Shown: positions 31,426 through 40,774 of the stretch, in pieces
Layout of the letters: the number at the start of each line of letters is the position of its first letter
Numbering within the stretch: position 1 is the first letter of the stretch
NCBI GenBank assembly: GCA_035310985.1
Contig: DATGDH010000037.1
Span: forward strand, 37,382-101,381
DNA: 64,000 nt
Direction: 5' to 3'
From: Burkholderiales bacterium
GTDB lineage: Bacteria; Pseudomonadota; Gammaproteobacteria; Burkholderiales; SG8-39
Position numbers and translations under genes: made by a program
The notes under the pieces: model-generated
The model's database searches: none
What the model was told of the DNA's origin: nothing
Seen by the model: only the letters and a program-made list of their open reading frames with translations

Positions 31426-32434
31426 CGGCGCATACGGCGAAGGCGGCGGCCAGCTGCTGCGCACCGCGATCACGCTCGCCGCGGTCACCGGCCAGGCGCT
31501 GCGCATGCGCGACATCCGCGCGCGCCGCAGGAAGCCCGGCCTCGCCGCGCAGCACCTCACCGCGGTGCGCGCGGTCGGCGCGCTGTGCGATGCGCGCATC
31601 GAGGGCCTCGCGCTCGGCGCGCGCGAGCTGGTGTTCGCGCCGCGCGCGCTGCGCGGCGGAGAATTCCGCTTCGACGTGGGCACCGCGGGCAGCGTGACGC
31701 TCGTGCTGCAGGCGCTCGTGCCGGCGATGCTCGCGGGCGGCGCCGCCTGCCGCGTGCTCGTTACCGGCGGCACCGACGTGCGCGCCGCGCCGCCGCTCGA
31801 CTATTTCCGCGCGGTGCTGCTCGGCCTGCTCGCGCGCATGGGCGCTCGCCTGCGGCTCTCCGCGCGCCGGCGCGGCTACTTCCCGGGCGGCGGCGGCGAG
31901 GTCGAGCTCGCGGTCGAGCCCGGTGCGCGCCTGCGGCCGTTCACGGCCGCGGCGCCGGGCCGGCTGCTCGCGCTGCGCGGCGCCGCGCACGTCGGCAACC
32001 TGCCGGCGCACATCGCCGAGCGCATGCGCGCGGCGGCGCTCGCAATCCTGCCGCGGGGGGCCGCGATCGACCTCGCCGTGCTCGGCGAGGACGGCGCGCA
32101 GGGCCGCGGCGGCGCGATCGTCGCCTGGGCCGAGACCGAGGCGAGCGTGCTCGGCGCGGGCGAGGTGGCCGAGCGCGGCGTGCCCGCCGAGACGCTCGGC
32201 GAGCGCGCCGGCTCCGAGCTGAGCGCGGACCTCGCCGCGGGCGCCTCGCTCGACGTGCACGCCGCGGACCAGCTGCTCGTCTACCTCGCGCTTGCCGAGG
32301 GGCCGTCCATCTTTACGACGCGCGCGCTGTCGAGCCATGCGCGCACCGCGATGTGGCTGATCGAGCAGTTCCTGCCCGTGCGCTTCGCCGCCGCCGCGCG
32401 GGGGACAAATCTCATGCGGGTCGAAGTGCGATGA
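31412..32434 (+). CDS. rtcA: RNA 3'-terminal phosphate cyclase RtcA
   Basis: 340 aa. Motifs [48 protein letters not shown] and [13 protein letters not shown]. Its ATG lies 14 nt inside the end of the UvrA fusion gene. Confidence 0.9.
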   Translation: MLDIDGAYGEGGGQLLRTAITLAAVTGQALRMRDIRARRRKPGLAAQHLTAVRAVGALCDARIEGLALGARELVFAPRALRGGEFRFDVGTAGSVTLVLQALVPAMLAGGAACRVLVTGGTDVRAAPPLDYFRAVLLGLLARMGARLRLSARRRGYFPGGGGEVELAVEPGARLRPFTAAAPGRLLALRGAAHVGNLPAHIAERMRAAALAILPRGAAIDLAVLGEDGAQGRGGAIVAWAETEASVLGAGEVAERGVPAETLGERAGSELSADLAAGASLDVHAADQLLVYLALAEGPSIFTTRALSSHARTAMWLIEQFLPVRFAAAARGTNLMRVEVR

Positions 32435-33768
32435 CGCGCCGGCGAATCCTCATCATGGGTGCCGCGGGGCGCGACTTTCACGACTTCAACGTCGTGTACC
32501 GAAACGATCCCGCCTGCGAGGTCGTGGCGTTCACCGCCGCGCAAATTCCTGGCATCGCTGGGCGGCGCTACCCGCCGTCGCTCGCCGGCCCGCTCTATCC
32601 GCAGGGCATTCCGATCGTCGCCGAGGACGAGCTCGAGGCGCGCATCCGCGCGGACTCCGTCGACCTGGTCGTTCTCGCCTATAGCGACCTCGCGCACGTC
32701 GAGGTGATGCACCGCGCCTCGCGCGCGCTCGCCGCGGGTGCCGACTTCGCGCTGCTCGGCCCGCGCAGCACCATGGTGCGCGCGCGCCTGCCGGTGATCG
32801 CGGTCACCGCCGTGCGCACCGGCGCCGGCAAGTCGCCGCTCGCGCGTTGGCTCGCGGCCCGGCTGCGCGCGCGCGGCCTGCGCGCCGCCGTGGTGCGCCA
32901 TCCGATGCCGTACGGCGACCTGGAGCGCCAGGTGGCGCAGCGCTTCGCAACGCGCGCCGACCTCGACGCGGCGCGGTGCACGCTGGAGGAGCGCGAAGAG
33001 TATGAGCCGCACATCGCCGCCGGCGGCACCGTCTACGCGGGCGTCGACACCGCGCGCGTAATTGCGCTCGCCGAACGCGAGTCGGACATCATCCTGTGGG
33101 ACGGGGGCAACAACGACTTCCCCTTCGTGCGCCCCGGCCTGCACATCGTTGTGGTCGACCCGCTGCGCGCCGGCGACGAGACGCGGCATCACCCGGGCGA
33201 GACTTGCTTGCGCACAGCTGACGTCGTCGTGGTGTCCAAGGTGGACTCGGCGAGCACCGAGGCGGTCGCCGCCGTGACGCGCAGCGCGAAGGCCGCCAAT
33301 CCGCGTGCGCCGGTGCTGCGCGCCGCGCTCGAGATCCGGCTGGACGATCCGGCCGCGGTGCGCGGCAAGCGCGTCCTGGTGGTCGAGGACGGCCCCACGG
33401 TCACGCACGGCGGCATGCCCTACGGCGCAGGCTACCTGGCCGCGCAGCGTGCGGGCGCCGCGGAGATCGTCGATCCCCGGGCTTCCGCAGCGCAGCAAGT
33501 CCGCGCAGTCTACGACCGGTATCCGCACCTCGGGCGTGTCTTGCCGGCGCTGGGCTATTCCGACGAGCAACTGGAGGCCCTGCGCCGCACGATTGAGGAC
33601 GCCGGCGCCGACGCCGTCGTGGCCGCCACGCCGGTCGACTTCGGACGCTTGATGGACTTGCACACGCCGGTCGTGCGCGCGCGCTACGAGTTCGTCGATC
33701 TCGGCACCCCCGGGCTCGGAAAAATCGTCGACGAATATCTCGACGGCCTGACCCGGACGTGTCAATAA
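32431..33768 (+). CDS. COG2403-type P-loop NTPase (cyclic 2,3-diphosphoglycerate synthetase-like / predicted GTPase)
   Basis: ATG 32431 overlaps the rtcA stop (ATGA), in frame with the tail of track ORF 31585..33768. Motifs ILIMGAAGRDFHDFN, Walker A VTAVRTGAGKS and ILWDGGNNDFPF. Confidence 0.7.
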   Translation: MTRRRILIMGAAGRDFHDFNVVYRNDPACEVVAFTAAQIPGIAGRRYPPSLAGPLYPQGIPIVAEDELEARIRADSVDLVVLAYSDLAHVEVMHRASRALAAGADFALLGPRSTMVRARLPVIAVTAVRTGAGKSPLARWLAARLRARGLRAAVVRHPMPYGDLERQVAQRFATRADLDAARCTLEEREEYEPHIAAGGTVYAGVDTARVIALAERESDIILWDGGNNDFPFVRPGLHIVVVDPLRAGDETRHHPGETCLRTADVVVVSKVDSASTEAVAAVTRSAKAANPRAPVLRAALEIRLDDPAAVRGKRVLVVEDGPTVTHGGMPYGAGYLAAQRAGAAEIVDPRASAAQQVRAVYDRYPHLGRVLPALGYSDEQLEALRRTIEDAGADAVVAATPVDFGRLMDLHTPVVRARYEFVDLGTPGLGKIVDEYLDGLTRTCQ

Positions 33769-33801
33769 TGCGGCTCCGTTCACCGCTCCATGGGAGGGGA
33801 C

Positions 33802-34263
33802 ATGATCACACTGACCGTAAACGGCAGGAAAAGACAAGTGAACGCCGAGCCCGACACGCCGCTGCTTTGGGTGCTGCGCGACACGCTCGGCATGACCGGC
33901 ACCAAGTTCGGCTGCGGCGCGCAGCTCTGCGGCGCCTGCACCGTGCATCTCGACGGCAAGCCGGTGCGCTCCTGCGGCACGCCGGTTTCGGCGGCCGCCG
34001 GCAAGCACATCACGACCATCGAGGCGATCGACAAGACTGAGGCCGGCCGCAAGATCCAGGCGGCCTGGGCCGAGCTCGACGTGCCGCAATGCGGCTACTG
34101 CCAGTCGGGCCAGATCATGAGCGCGACCGCGCTGCTCGCCGAGAAGCCGCATCCGACCGACGCCGACATCGACGCCGCGATGGAAGGCAACGTATGCCGT
34201 TGCGGCACCTATCCCCGCATCCGCGCGGCAATTCACAAAGCCGCCGGCACCAAGGGAGCCTGA
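33802..34263 (+). CDS. (2Fe-2S)-binding small subunit of an IorAB/aldehyde-oxidoreductase-type molybdoenzyme, copy 1
   Basis: ATG 33802 follows GGGAGGGG. The product is 153 aa, the same length as copy 2. Motifs [12 protein letters not shown] and [12 protein letters not shown]...CRCGTY. Confidence 0.85.
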   Translation: MITLTVNGRKRQVNAEPDTPLLWVLRDTLGMTGTKFGCGAQLCGACTVHLDGKPVRSCGTPVSAAAGKHITTIEAIDKTEAGRKIQAAWAELDVPQCGYCQSGQIMSATALLAEKPHPTDADIDAAMEGNVCRCGTYPRIRAAIHKAAGTKGA

Positions 34264-34265
34264 CC

Positions 34266-36383
34266 ATGAACCGACTCAAGAATCCCTCGCGCCGCACGTT
34301 CCTCAAGTCCGGCGCCGCGGCCAGCGGTGCGCTGGTCATCGGCGTCGCTCTGCCGGACGCGATGGCCAAGATGTCTGTGACCACGTCGATGCCCAATGCG
34401 TGGATCCGCATCGGCAGCGATAACAGCGTCACCATCCTGTGCGCGCGCTCGGAGATGGGACAAGGCGTCGTAATGGCGATGCCGACGCTCGTCGCAGAAG
34501 AACTCGAGGTCGATCTGAACAAGATTAAGGTCGACTTCGCGCCGCCCGGAGAAGCCTACATCAACAGCATGCTCGGCGCGCAGCTCACCGGCGGCTCGAC
34601 CTCGGTGCGCGACGGCTGGGAGAAGCTGCGCATCGCGGGCGCGCAGGCGCGCTCGATGCTGATCCAGGCCGCAGCCGACAAGTGGCACGTGGACGCGTCC
34701 AAGTGCCGTGCGCACAACGGAGTAGTGAGCGGGCCCGGCGGCAAGAAAGCGAGCTACGGTCAGCTCGCGCAGGCGGCCTCCAAGCTCACGCCGCCGAAGG
34801 AGGTGAAGCTCAAGCCGCCTTCCGAGTTCCGCTACGTCGGCAAGCCGCTGAATCGCCTGGACACCGCTGCCAAGATCCGCGGTAAGGCTGAGTACGGCAT
34901 CGACGTGCGGCTCCCGGGCATGCTGTATGCCTCGCTCGCGCAGTGCCCGGTGCTCGGCGGCAAGGTGGTGAGCTTCGATGCTGAAGAGGCGAAATCGATG
35001 CCGGGGGTCAAGCACGTGGTCCAGATCCCCGACGGAATCGCGGTCGTGGCGGACAGCTGGTGGCGCGCGAAGAAGGCGCGCGACACGATCAAGATCCAGT
35101 GGGACGAGGGCGCGAACAAGACGCTCAGCACCGAGTCGGCGTTCGCGGGGCTCGCGCAGGCGATGGCCCAGCCCGCGGCGCAGATCCGCAAGCAGGGCGA
35201 CGTCGACGCGGCGATGAAGACGGCCGCCAAGACGCTCGAGGCGACTTACGAGATGCCGTTCCTGTCGCACTCGCCGATGGAGCCGATGAACTTCACTGCG
35301 GACGTGCGCAAGGACTCGGCAACGCTGATCGGCTCGATCCAGTTCCAGCAGGCGGCGCTCGGCACGGCGGCCGCGATTACCGGCCTCAAGCCCGAGCAGA
35401 TCACGGTCCGCACCACGTTTCTCGGCGGTGGCTTCGGCAGGCGCATCGATTATGACTACGTCGCCCAGGCGGTGCTGATCTCGAAGGCGATCGGCGCTCC
35501 CGTCAAGCTGGTGTGGACGCGCGAAGACGACATGACGCACGACTTCTACCGCCCGGCCAGCCTGCACAAGATGGCGGGCGCGCTGGACGCCGAGGGCAGG
35601 CCGGTCGCGCTCAGCCTCAAAATGAGCTCGCCGTCCGTGACCGCGCGGCTCATTCCGCCGCTGGTGAAGGACGGCGTCGATCCGCTGATGACCGAGGCGA
35701 TCCTCGTGCCCTACGACGTCGCCAACCAGTCGGTCGGCACCGTGATCCACGACACCGGGCTGCGCGTCGGCTACCTGCGTTCCGTGTCGCACGCGCTCAA
35801 CATCTTCGCCAACGAGTCCTTCATCGACGAGATGGCGCATGCCGCGGGCAAGGATCCCTACGAGTACAGGCGCGCCCTGCTCGAGAAGCAGCCGCGGCAC
35901 AAGCGCGTGCTCGAGGCGGTCGCCCGCGAGGCGGGCTGGGGCAAGCCCCTGCCCGCGGGCCGCGCGCGCGGCATCGCGCTGATGGAGGGCTACGACACCT
36001 ACATGGCGCAGGTGGCCGAGGTGTCGGTCGAGGACGGCAAGATCAAGCTGCACCGGGTGGTGGTGGCGGTCGATGCGGGCCCGATGGTCAACCCCAACAT
36101 CGTGCGCCAGCAGATCGAGGGCAACATCGTGTTCGGGCTCACCGCGCTGAAGTACGGCAACATCACGCTGAAGGACGGCAGGGTGGAGCAGACCAACTTC
36201 GACAAGTACCTCATGGTGCGCATGCCGGAGTGCCCGGTGGTCGAGACCCACCTCGTGCCGAGCGGCGACAAGCCGGGCGGTATCGGCGAGCCGGCGACCG
36301 CGCTGCTCGGGCCGACGGTGGCGAACGCCGTGTTCGCGCTGACCGGAAAGCGGCTGCGCAAGATGCCGTTGAGCATTGCTTAG
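34266..36383 (+). CDS. molybdopterin-binding large subunit (IorB / xanthine dehydrogenase family), copy 1, Tat signal
   Basis: ATG 34266 lies 2 nt after the small-subunit stop. Tat motif [19 protein letters not shown]. Motifs [33 protein letters not shown] and GGIGEPAT. Confidence 0.85.
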   Translation: MNRLKNPSRRTFLKSGAAASGALVIGVALPDAMAKMSVTTSMPNAWIRIGSDNSVTILCARSEMGQGVVMAMPTLVAEELEVDLNKIKVDFAPPGEAYINSMLGAQLTGGSTSVRDGWEKLRIAGAQARSMLIQAAADKWHVDASKCRAHNGVVSGPGGKKASYGQLAQAASKLTPPKEVKLKPPSEFRYVGKPLNRLDTAAKIRGKAEYGIDVRLPGMLYASLAQCPVLGGKVVSFDAEEAKSMPGVKHVVQIPDGIAVVADSWWRAKKARDTIKIQWDEGANKTLSTESAFAGLAQAMAQPAAQIRKQGDVDAAMKTAAKTLEATYEMPFLSHSPMEPMNFTADVRKDSATLIGSIQFQQAALGTAAAITGLKPEQITVRTTFLGGGFGRRIDYDYVAQAVLISKAIGAPVKLVWTREDDMTHDFYRPASLHKMAGALDAEGRPVALSLKMSSPSVTARLIPPLVKDGVDPLMTEAILVPYDVANQSVGTVIHDTGLRVGYLRSVSHALNIFANESFIDEMAHAAGKDPYEYRRALLEKQPRHKRVLEAVAREAGWGKPLPAGRARGIALMEGYDTYMAQVAEVSVEDGKIKLHRVVVAVDAGPMVNPNIVRQQIEGNIVFGLTALKYGNITLKDGRVEQTNFDKYLMVRMPECPVVETHLVPSGDKPGGIGEPATALLGPTVANAVFALTGKRLRKMPLSIA

Positions 36384-36401
36384 CAGCCCTTCCAAGCCCC
36401 G

Positions 36402-36434
36402 GCAAGAAGCCCGCTCGCGCGGGCTTCTTGCTTT
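36402..36434 (+). terminator. rho-independent terminator-like hairpin after iorB copy 1
   Basis: 13-bp perfect stem gcaagaagcccgc / gcgggcttcttgc with a 4-nt loop, followed by TTT. It begins 19 nt after the stop. Confidence 0.6.
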
Positions 36435-37191
36435 GCGGGCCCTCCTCCTCATCGCGCTCGGCTGCACGGCGCTCGCCGCGCGCGCGCAAGATTACGAACG
36501 CGAGAAGCGCTGGGCGGACCAGATCCTCGCTTCGCTCATGGTGGGCGACGCGGTGTGGCTGCAGCAGAAGAACGGCCACCGTTTTCTCGGCCTGTACACC
36601 GTCGCGCAGAACCCGCGCGGCGCGGTCATCGTCGCGCACGGGCGCGGCTGGAGCCCCGACTACGGCCTCTACGGAATCCTGCGCAGCAAGCTCGCGGACG
36701 CGGGCTACACGACGCTCGCGATCCAGCTCCCGGTGCTGCCGAGCACCGCCATCCTGGGGCTGTACGTGCCTCTCTACCCCGACGCGCGCGAGCGCATCCA
36801 GCTCGCAGTCGACTTCCTCAAGGCAAAGGGCTACCGCAAGATCGCCATCGTCTCGCACAGCCTAGGCGCGACGATGGCCAATCAGTACCTGATCCGCACC
36901 GACGATACCAGCGTCAAGGCCTGGGTGTTCGTCAGCATCATCCAGGGCCTGGAGGAGATGTACAGGATCAAGATTCCGGTAATGGACGTCTACGGTGAGA
37001 AGGACTGGACGGTCACGCGCTGGGGCGGCCCCGAGCGGCGCAAGGAGATCGCCAAGGTGCCCGGCTCGGAGCAGGTCGTGATCCCGGGCGCCGAGCACTT
37101 CTACGAGGACCGCGAAGACGATCTGGTAAAAGCGATCGTGCCGTTTCTCGACCGCAGCCTGCGGAAGGCCGAGCCCGATGCCGTGAAATAG
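36433..37191 (+). CDS. secreted alpha/beta-hydrolase-fold protein
   Basis: Signal peptide RALLLIALGCTALAARAQ. Nucleophile elbow VSHSLGA. The start is uncertain: TTG 36433 is preferred because it lies just past the terminator hairpin. The track start TTG 36376 lies inside iorB. Confidence 0.55.
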   Translation: MRALLLIALGCTALAARAQDYEREKRWADQILASLMVGDAVWLQQKNGHRFLGLYTVAQNPRGAVIVAHGRGWSPDYGLYGILRSKLADAGYTTLAIQLPVLPSTAILGLYVPLYPDARERIQLAVDFLKAKGYRKIAIVSHSLGATMANQYLIRTDDTSVKAWVFVSIIQGLEEMYRIKIPVMDVYGEKDWTVTRWGGPERRKEIAKVPGSEQVVIPGAEHFYEDREDDLVKAIVPFLDRSLRKAEPDAVK

Positions 37192-37309
37192 TTGGCTGCT
37201 CCGTGTCACGCATCGTGCGCGGCGTGATGCAGTTAACTGCGAAGTTTCCTTCCCAGGTGCACGCTCCACACGGCGAAGACCGCATTTCGCGGTACCTGTG
37301 GAAGGAACC

Positions 37310-37855
37310 ATGCTCAAGACCAGAATCCTCTTTGCAATCGCTCTCGGCGTGGCCGCCGGCTCGGCCGCGGCGGGCGACCTGGACACCCTGCTCGGGGGCG
37401 GCCTGGGCGGCGCCGGAGGCGCAGCGATCGGCCAGGCGGTGGGCGGCAAGAATGGGGCCATCGTCGGTGGCGCGGTCGGCGGCGCGGTGGGCGGCGCGGT
37501 GACCACGCACGGCTCGGCGCGCAAGGGCGCCGTCATCGGCGGCGCGATCGGCGGCGGCACGGGTGCGGCGATCGGCGAGTCGGTCGGCGGCAAGAACGGC
37601 GCGATCGCTGGCGCTGGAGTCGGCGGCGCGGCCGGCTCGGTCATTGGCAAGAGCATGACGGGCAGCGGCGGCCAGGTCTCGGTCGCGGCCCCGGCTTCGC
37701 GCTATGACGGCGAGCGCCCGGTGCGCTACGAGGACCGCCGCGAGCGTCACTACGAGTATGACGACGACGACGACCATGGTTGCAGGGGTCGGGAAAAGTG
37801 GGAGCATCACCCCGGCCGGGGGCACGCCTATGGGCACTCTAAGCATCGCTGCTGA
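37310..37855 (+). CDS. secreted glycine-zipper protein with charged His/Asp/Arg-rich tail
   Basis: GGAAGGA RBS and ATG 37310. Signal MLKTRILFAIALGVAAGSAAA. Two repeats of AIGxxVGGKNGAIxGxxVGGA. Tail is YEDRRERHYEYDDDDDHGCRGREKWEHHPGRGHAYGHSKHRC. Confidence 0.65.
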   Translation: MLKTRILFAIALGVAAGSAAAGDLDTLLGGGLGGAGGAAIGQAVGGKNGAIVGGAVGGAVGGAVTTHGSARKGAVIGGAIGGGTGAAIGESVGGKNGAIAGAGVGGAAGSVIGKSMTGSGGQVSVAAPASRYDGERPVRYEDRRERHYEYDDDDDHGCRGREKWEHHPGRGHAYGHSKHRC

Positions 37856-37885
37856 GCAAAGCCTCCACCGGTAAGACCCCGCATG

Positions 37886-37912
37886 AAAAGGCCCGCCCCT
37901 GGCGGGCCTTTT
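37886..37912 (+). terminator. rho-independent terminator after the glycine-zipper gene
   Basis: aaaaggcccgcc-cct-ggcgggcctttt: a 12-bp stem with a GC-rich core and T-run, flanked by an A-run, so potentially bidirectional. Confidence 0.75.
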
Positions 37913-38020
37913 CAATTTGAGGTGTCGGGCCGTGACAACAGCCTTTGCAGAACGAAACGCCGCGCGGCAAGCAGGTCATTTCCATTTCATAATCCGCTTG
38001 CCACTTTTCTCGGAGCTCCC

Positions 38021-38482
38021 ATGGTCACTCTGTACGTGAACGGCAAGCACATGCAGCTCGACGTCGCGGACGACACGCCGCTGCTTTGGGTGCTGCGTGA
38101 CGAGCTCGGCCTGACCGGCACGAAATTCGGCTGCGGCATGGCGCTGTGCGGCGCCTGCACGGTGCAGCTGAACGGTGCGGCGGTGCGCTCGTGCTCGACT
38201 CCGGTTTCCGCCGCGGCGGGCAAGCACGTCCTGACGGTCGAAGCGGTCGACAAGACGCGCCCCGGGCGCGCGGTGCAGGCCGCGTGGATCAAGCACGACG
38301 TGCCGCAATGCGGCTACTGCCAGAGCGGCCAGATCATGAGCGCCACCGCGCTGATCGCCGCGAACAAGTCGCCGAGCGACGCGGACATCGACGCTGCGAT
38401 GAGCGGCAACATCTGCCGCTGCGGCACCTACAACCAGATCCGCGCCGCGATCAAGGATGCGGCCGCGGCGCTAAAGGGCTGA
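38021..38482 (+). CDS. (2Fe-2S)-binding small subunit of an IorAB-type molybdoenzyme, copy 2
   Basis: ATG 38021 ([10 protein letters not shown]). The track extension from 37883 runs through the terminator and is rejected. Motifs [12 protein letters not shown] and [12 protein letters not shown]...CRCGTY. Confidence 0.85.
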   Translation: MVTLYVNGKHMQLDVADDTPLLWVLRDELGLTGTKFGCGMALCGACTVQLNGAAVRSCSTPVSAAAGKHVLTVEAVDKTRPGRAVQAAWIKHDVPQCGYCQSGQIMSATALIAANKSPSDADIDAAMSGNICRCGTYNQIRAAIKDAAAALKG

Positions 38483-38491
38483 GGAGGCGAC

Positions 38492-40630
38492 ATGGGCACG
38501 GCATTCAAGGCCTCGCGCCGCAGCTTCCTCAAGGGCTCCGCCGCCGCGAGCGGCGGCCTGGTCATCGGCTTCGTGCTGCCCGCTGGCGGGCGCCTCGCCG
38601 AGGCCGCCGCGCCTTTCGCGCCGAACGCATACCTGCGCATCGCCGCCAACGGGCGCGTGACGGTGGTGTGCGGCCTGTCGGAGATGGGCCAGGGCGTGCT
38701 GACCGCGATCCCGATGCTGGTCGCCGAGGAGCTGGACGCCGACTGGGCGGAAGTCGGCGTCGAGCAGGCGCCGGTCGACAAGGCGTTCAACAATCCGGTA
38801 TTCGGCATGCAGGCGACCGGCGGCTCGACCTCGGTGCGCGGGCACTGGGAGCCGATGCGGAAGGCGGGGGCCGCCGCGCGCGAGATGCTCGTCGCCGCGG
38901 CCGCGCAAACGTGGAAGGCGAGCCCGGGAGACTGTCGCGCAGCGAAGGGCTTCGTGATCCACAGGAGCGGCAAGAAGCTCTCCTACGCGCGCCTTGCCGC
39001 GCGAGCGTCGAGGCTGCCGGTGCCGGCAAACCCGAAGCTGAAGGACCCGAAGGACTTCACGATCCTCGGCCAGGGCCTGCACCGGCTCGACACGCCGCCG
39101 AAGGTGAACGGCAGGGCGAAGTTCGGGCTCGACGTGCGCCTGCCCGGCATGCTGATCGCAGTGATGGCGCGCCCGCCGGTGCCCGGCGGCAAGGCGCTGT
39201 CGGTGGACGATTCCAAGGCAAAGGCGATCAAGGGCGTGCGCCAGGTGATCCAGATCCCGCAGGGCGTGGCGGTGCTCGCCGACGGCTACTGGGCCGCCAA
39301 GCAGGGACGCGACGCGCTCGAGATCAAATGGGACGACGGCCCGAACGCAGGCCTCGGCTCGAGCGATATCTCGAAGATGCTCGCCGAGGCGACCACCGTT
39401 CCAGCCAAGGTCGGCCGCAACGACGGCGACGTCGCCACGGCGGGCGGCACGAAGGCGATCGAGTCGCACTACGAGGCGCCGTACCTCGCGCACGCCTGCA
39501 TGGAGCCGATGAACTGCACCGCCTGGGTGAAGCAGGACGAGGTCGAGATCTGGGCCGGTACGCAATCGCAGGGCCCGAGCCAGGGAATCGTGTCGCAGGT
39601 GAGCGGCGTCGCGCCCGGCAAGGTGAAGATCCACACGATGTACCTCGGCGGCGGCTTCGGCCGGCGCTTCGCGCCCGATTTCGCGGTCGACGCGACGCTG
39701 CTGTCCAAGATGTCGGGCAAGCCGGTGAAGCTCGTCTACGCGCGCGAGGACGACATGCGCGCCTACTTCTACCGTCCGGTGTCCGCCACGCGCTTCACTG
39801 GCGCGCTCGACGCGTCGGGCCGGCCGGTGGCGTTCAGCGCGCGCGTCGCCTCGCCCTCGATCATGGAAGGCTCGGGCTTCATGAAGCTGCCGCCGAACGG
39901 CGTCGATCAGTTCGCGGTGGAGGGCGTGCAGGACCTGCCCTACGACATCCCGAACGTGCGCGTCGAGTACTCGCGCGTCGAGCCGGGCGTGCAGGTGTGG
40001 TTCTGGCGCTCGGTGGGGCACTCGCAGAACATCTTCTTCAGCGAGAGCTTCGTCGACGAGCTGGCGCACGAAGCGGGCAAGGATCCGTTCGAGTTCCGGC
40101 GCGACCTGCTCGGCAAGCAGCCGCGCTACAAGGGCGCGCTCGAGCTCGCCGCGGACAAGGCGGGCTGGGGCGCCCCGCTGCCGCCGGGCGTGTTCCGCGG
40201 TATCGCGGTGGCGCAGTCCTTCGGCAGCTACGTCGCCGAGGTGGCGGAGGTATCGGTGGGCGACGACGGCGCGGTCAAGGTGCACCGCATCGTCGCCGCG
40301 GTCGACTGCGGCCGGACCGTCAACCCCGAGATCATCCGGCGCCAGATCGAGAGCGCGATCGTATACGGGTTGTCGGCCGCGCTATACGGGAAGATCACCC
40401 TGAAGGACGGCAAGGTCGAGCAAGGCAATTTCGACTCCTATCCGGTGCTGCGCATGAACGAGATGCCCAAGGTCGAGGTGTACATCGTGCCGAGCACGGA
40501 GAACCCGGGCGGCATCGGCGAGCCCGGGCTGCCGGCAGCCGCGCCCGCGGTGACCAACGCGATCTTCGCCGCGACCGGCAAGCGCATCCGCCGGCTGCCG
40601 ATCGACCGCGACCTGCTGAAGAAGGCCTGA
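38492..40630 (+). CDS. molybdopterin-binding large subunit (IorB / xanthine dehydrogenase family), copy 2, Tat signal
   Basis: 712 aa. Tat motif [19 protein letters not shown]. Motifs [33 protein letters not shown] and GGIGEPGL. Confidence 0.85.
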   Translation: MGTAFKASRRSFLKGSAAASGGLVIGFVLPAGGRLAEAAAPFAPNAYLRIAANGRVTVVCGLSEMGQGVLTAIPMLVAEELDADWAEVGVEQAPVDKAFNNPVFGMQATGGSTSVRGHWEPMRKAGAAAREMLVAAAAQTWKASPGDCRAAKGFVIHRSGKKLSYARLAARASRLPVPANPKLKDPKDFTILGQGLHRLDTPPKVNGRAKFGLDVRLPGMLIAVMARPPVPGGKALSVDDSKAKAIKGVRQVIQIPQGVAVLADGYWAAKQGRDALEIKWDDGPNAGLGSSDISKMLAEATTVPAKVGRNDGDVATAGGTKAIESHYEAPYLAHACMEPMNCTAWVKQDEVEIWAGTQSQGPSQGIVSQVSGVAPGKVKIHTMYLGGGFGRRFAPDFAVDATLLSKMSGKPVKLVYAREDDMRAYFYRPVSATRFTGALDASGRPVAFSARVASPSIMEGSGFMKLPPNGVDQFAVEGVQDLPYDIPNVRVEYSRVEPGVQVWFWRSVGHSQNIFFSESFVDELAHEAGKDPFEFRRDLLGKQPRYKGALELAADKAGWGAPLPPGVFRGIAVAQSFGSYVAEVAEVSVGDDGAVKVHRIVAAVDCGRTVNPEIIRRQIESAIVYGLSAALYGKITLKDGKVEQGNFDSYPVLRMNEMPKVEVYIVPSTENPGGIGEPGLPAAAPAVTNAIFAATGKRIRRLPIDRDLLKKA

Positions 40631-40635
40631 TCGCG

Positions 40636-40641
40636 TATAAT
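40636..40641 (+). promoter_or_regulatory. consensus TATAAT hexamer upstream of the helicase gene
   Basis: TATAAT lies 5 nt after the iorB copy 2 stop and about 135 nt upstream of ATG 40775, which would give a long 5' UTR. I found no convincing -35 element. Confidence 0.3.
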
Positions 40642-40774
40642 GCGCCCGAGGGTTTCTGTTGCGCGTCTTCCGGTTAGCGCGCCAGTCGTTTCCCGGCCCG
40701 TCCTGGGCCGTGAATCACCAAGCCTGAAAACGGGATTTGCCTGAACCGGCGTCCAGCAGGCCGATCGTCAGGAG

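Noticed and set aside
27730-31773. 1347-aa ORF on the minus strand, the second longest in the track
   Set aside because: It is entirely antisense to the UvrA-fusion and rtcA genes. Its translation is Arg/Ala/Gly/Pro low-complexity sequence without motifs. This is the typical mirror-frame artefact of a very GC-rich genome. The plus-strand frame carries unmistakable ABC ATPase motifs.
32281-36467. 651-aa and 744-aa minus-strand ORFs (32281..34236 and 34233..36467)
   Set aside because: They are antisense to the COG2403, iorA and iorB genes and show the same GC-driven open-frame artefact. No motifs are present.
37883-38020. Upstream extension of iorA copy 2 ([18 protein letters not shown]...)
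   Set aside because: The extension starts inside, and reads through, the strong terminator hairpin at 37886-37912. ATG 38021 gives a product colinear with, and equal in length to, iorA copy 1.
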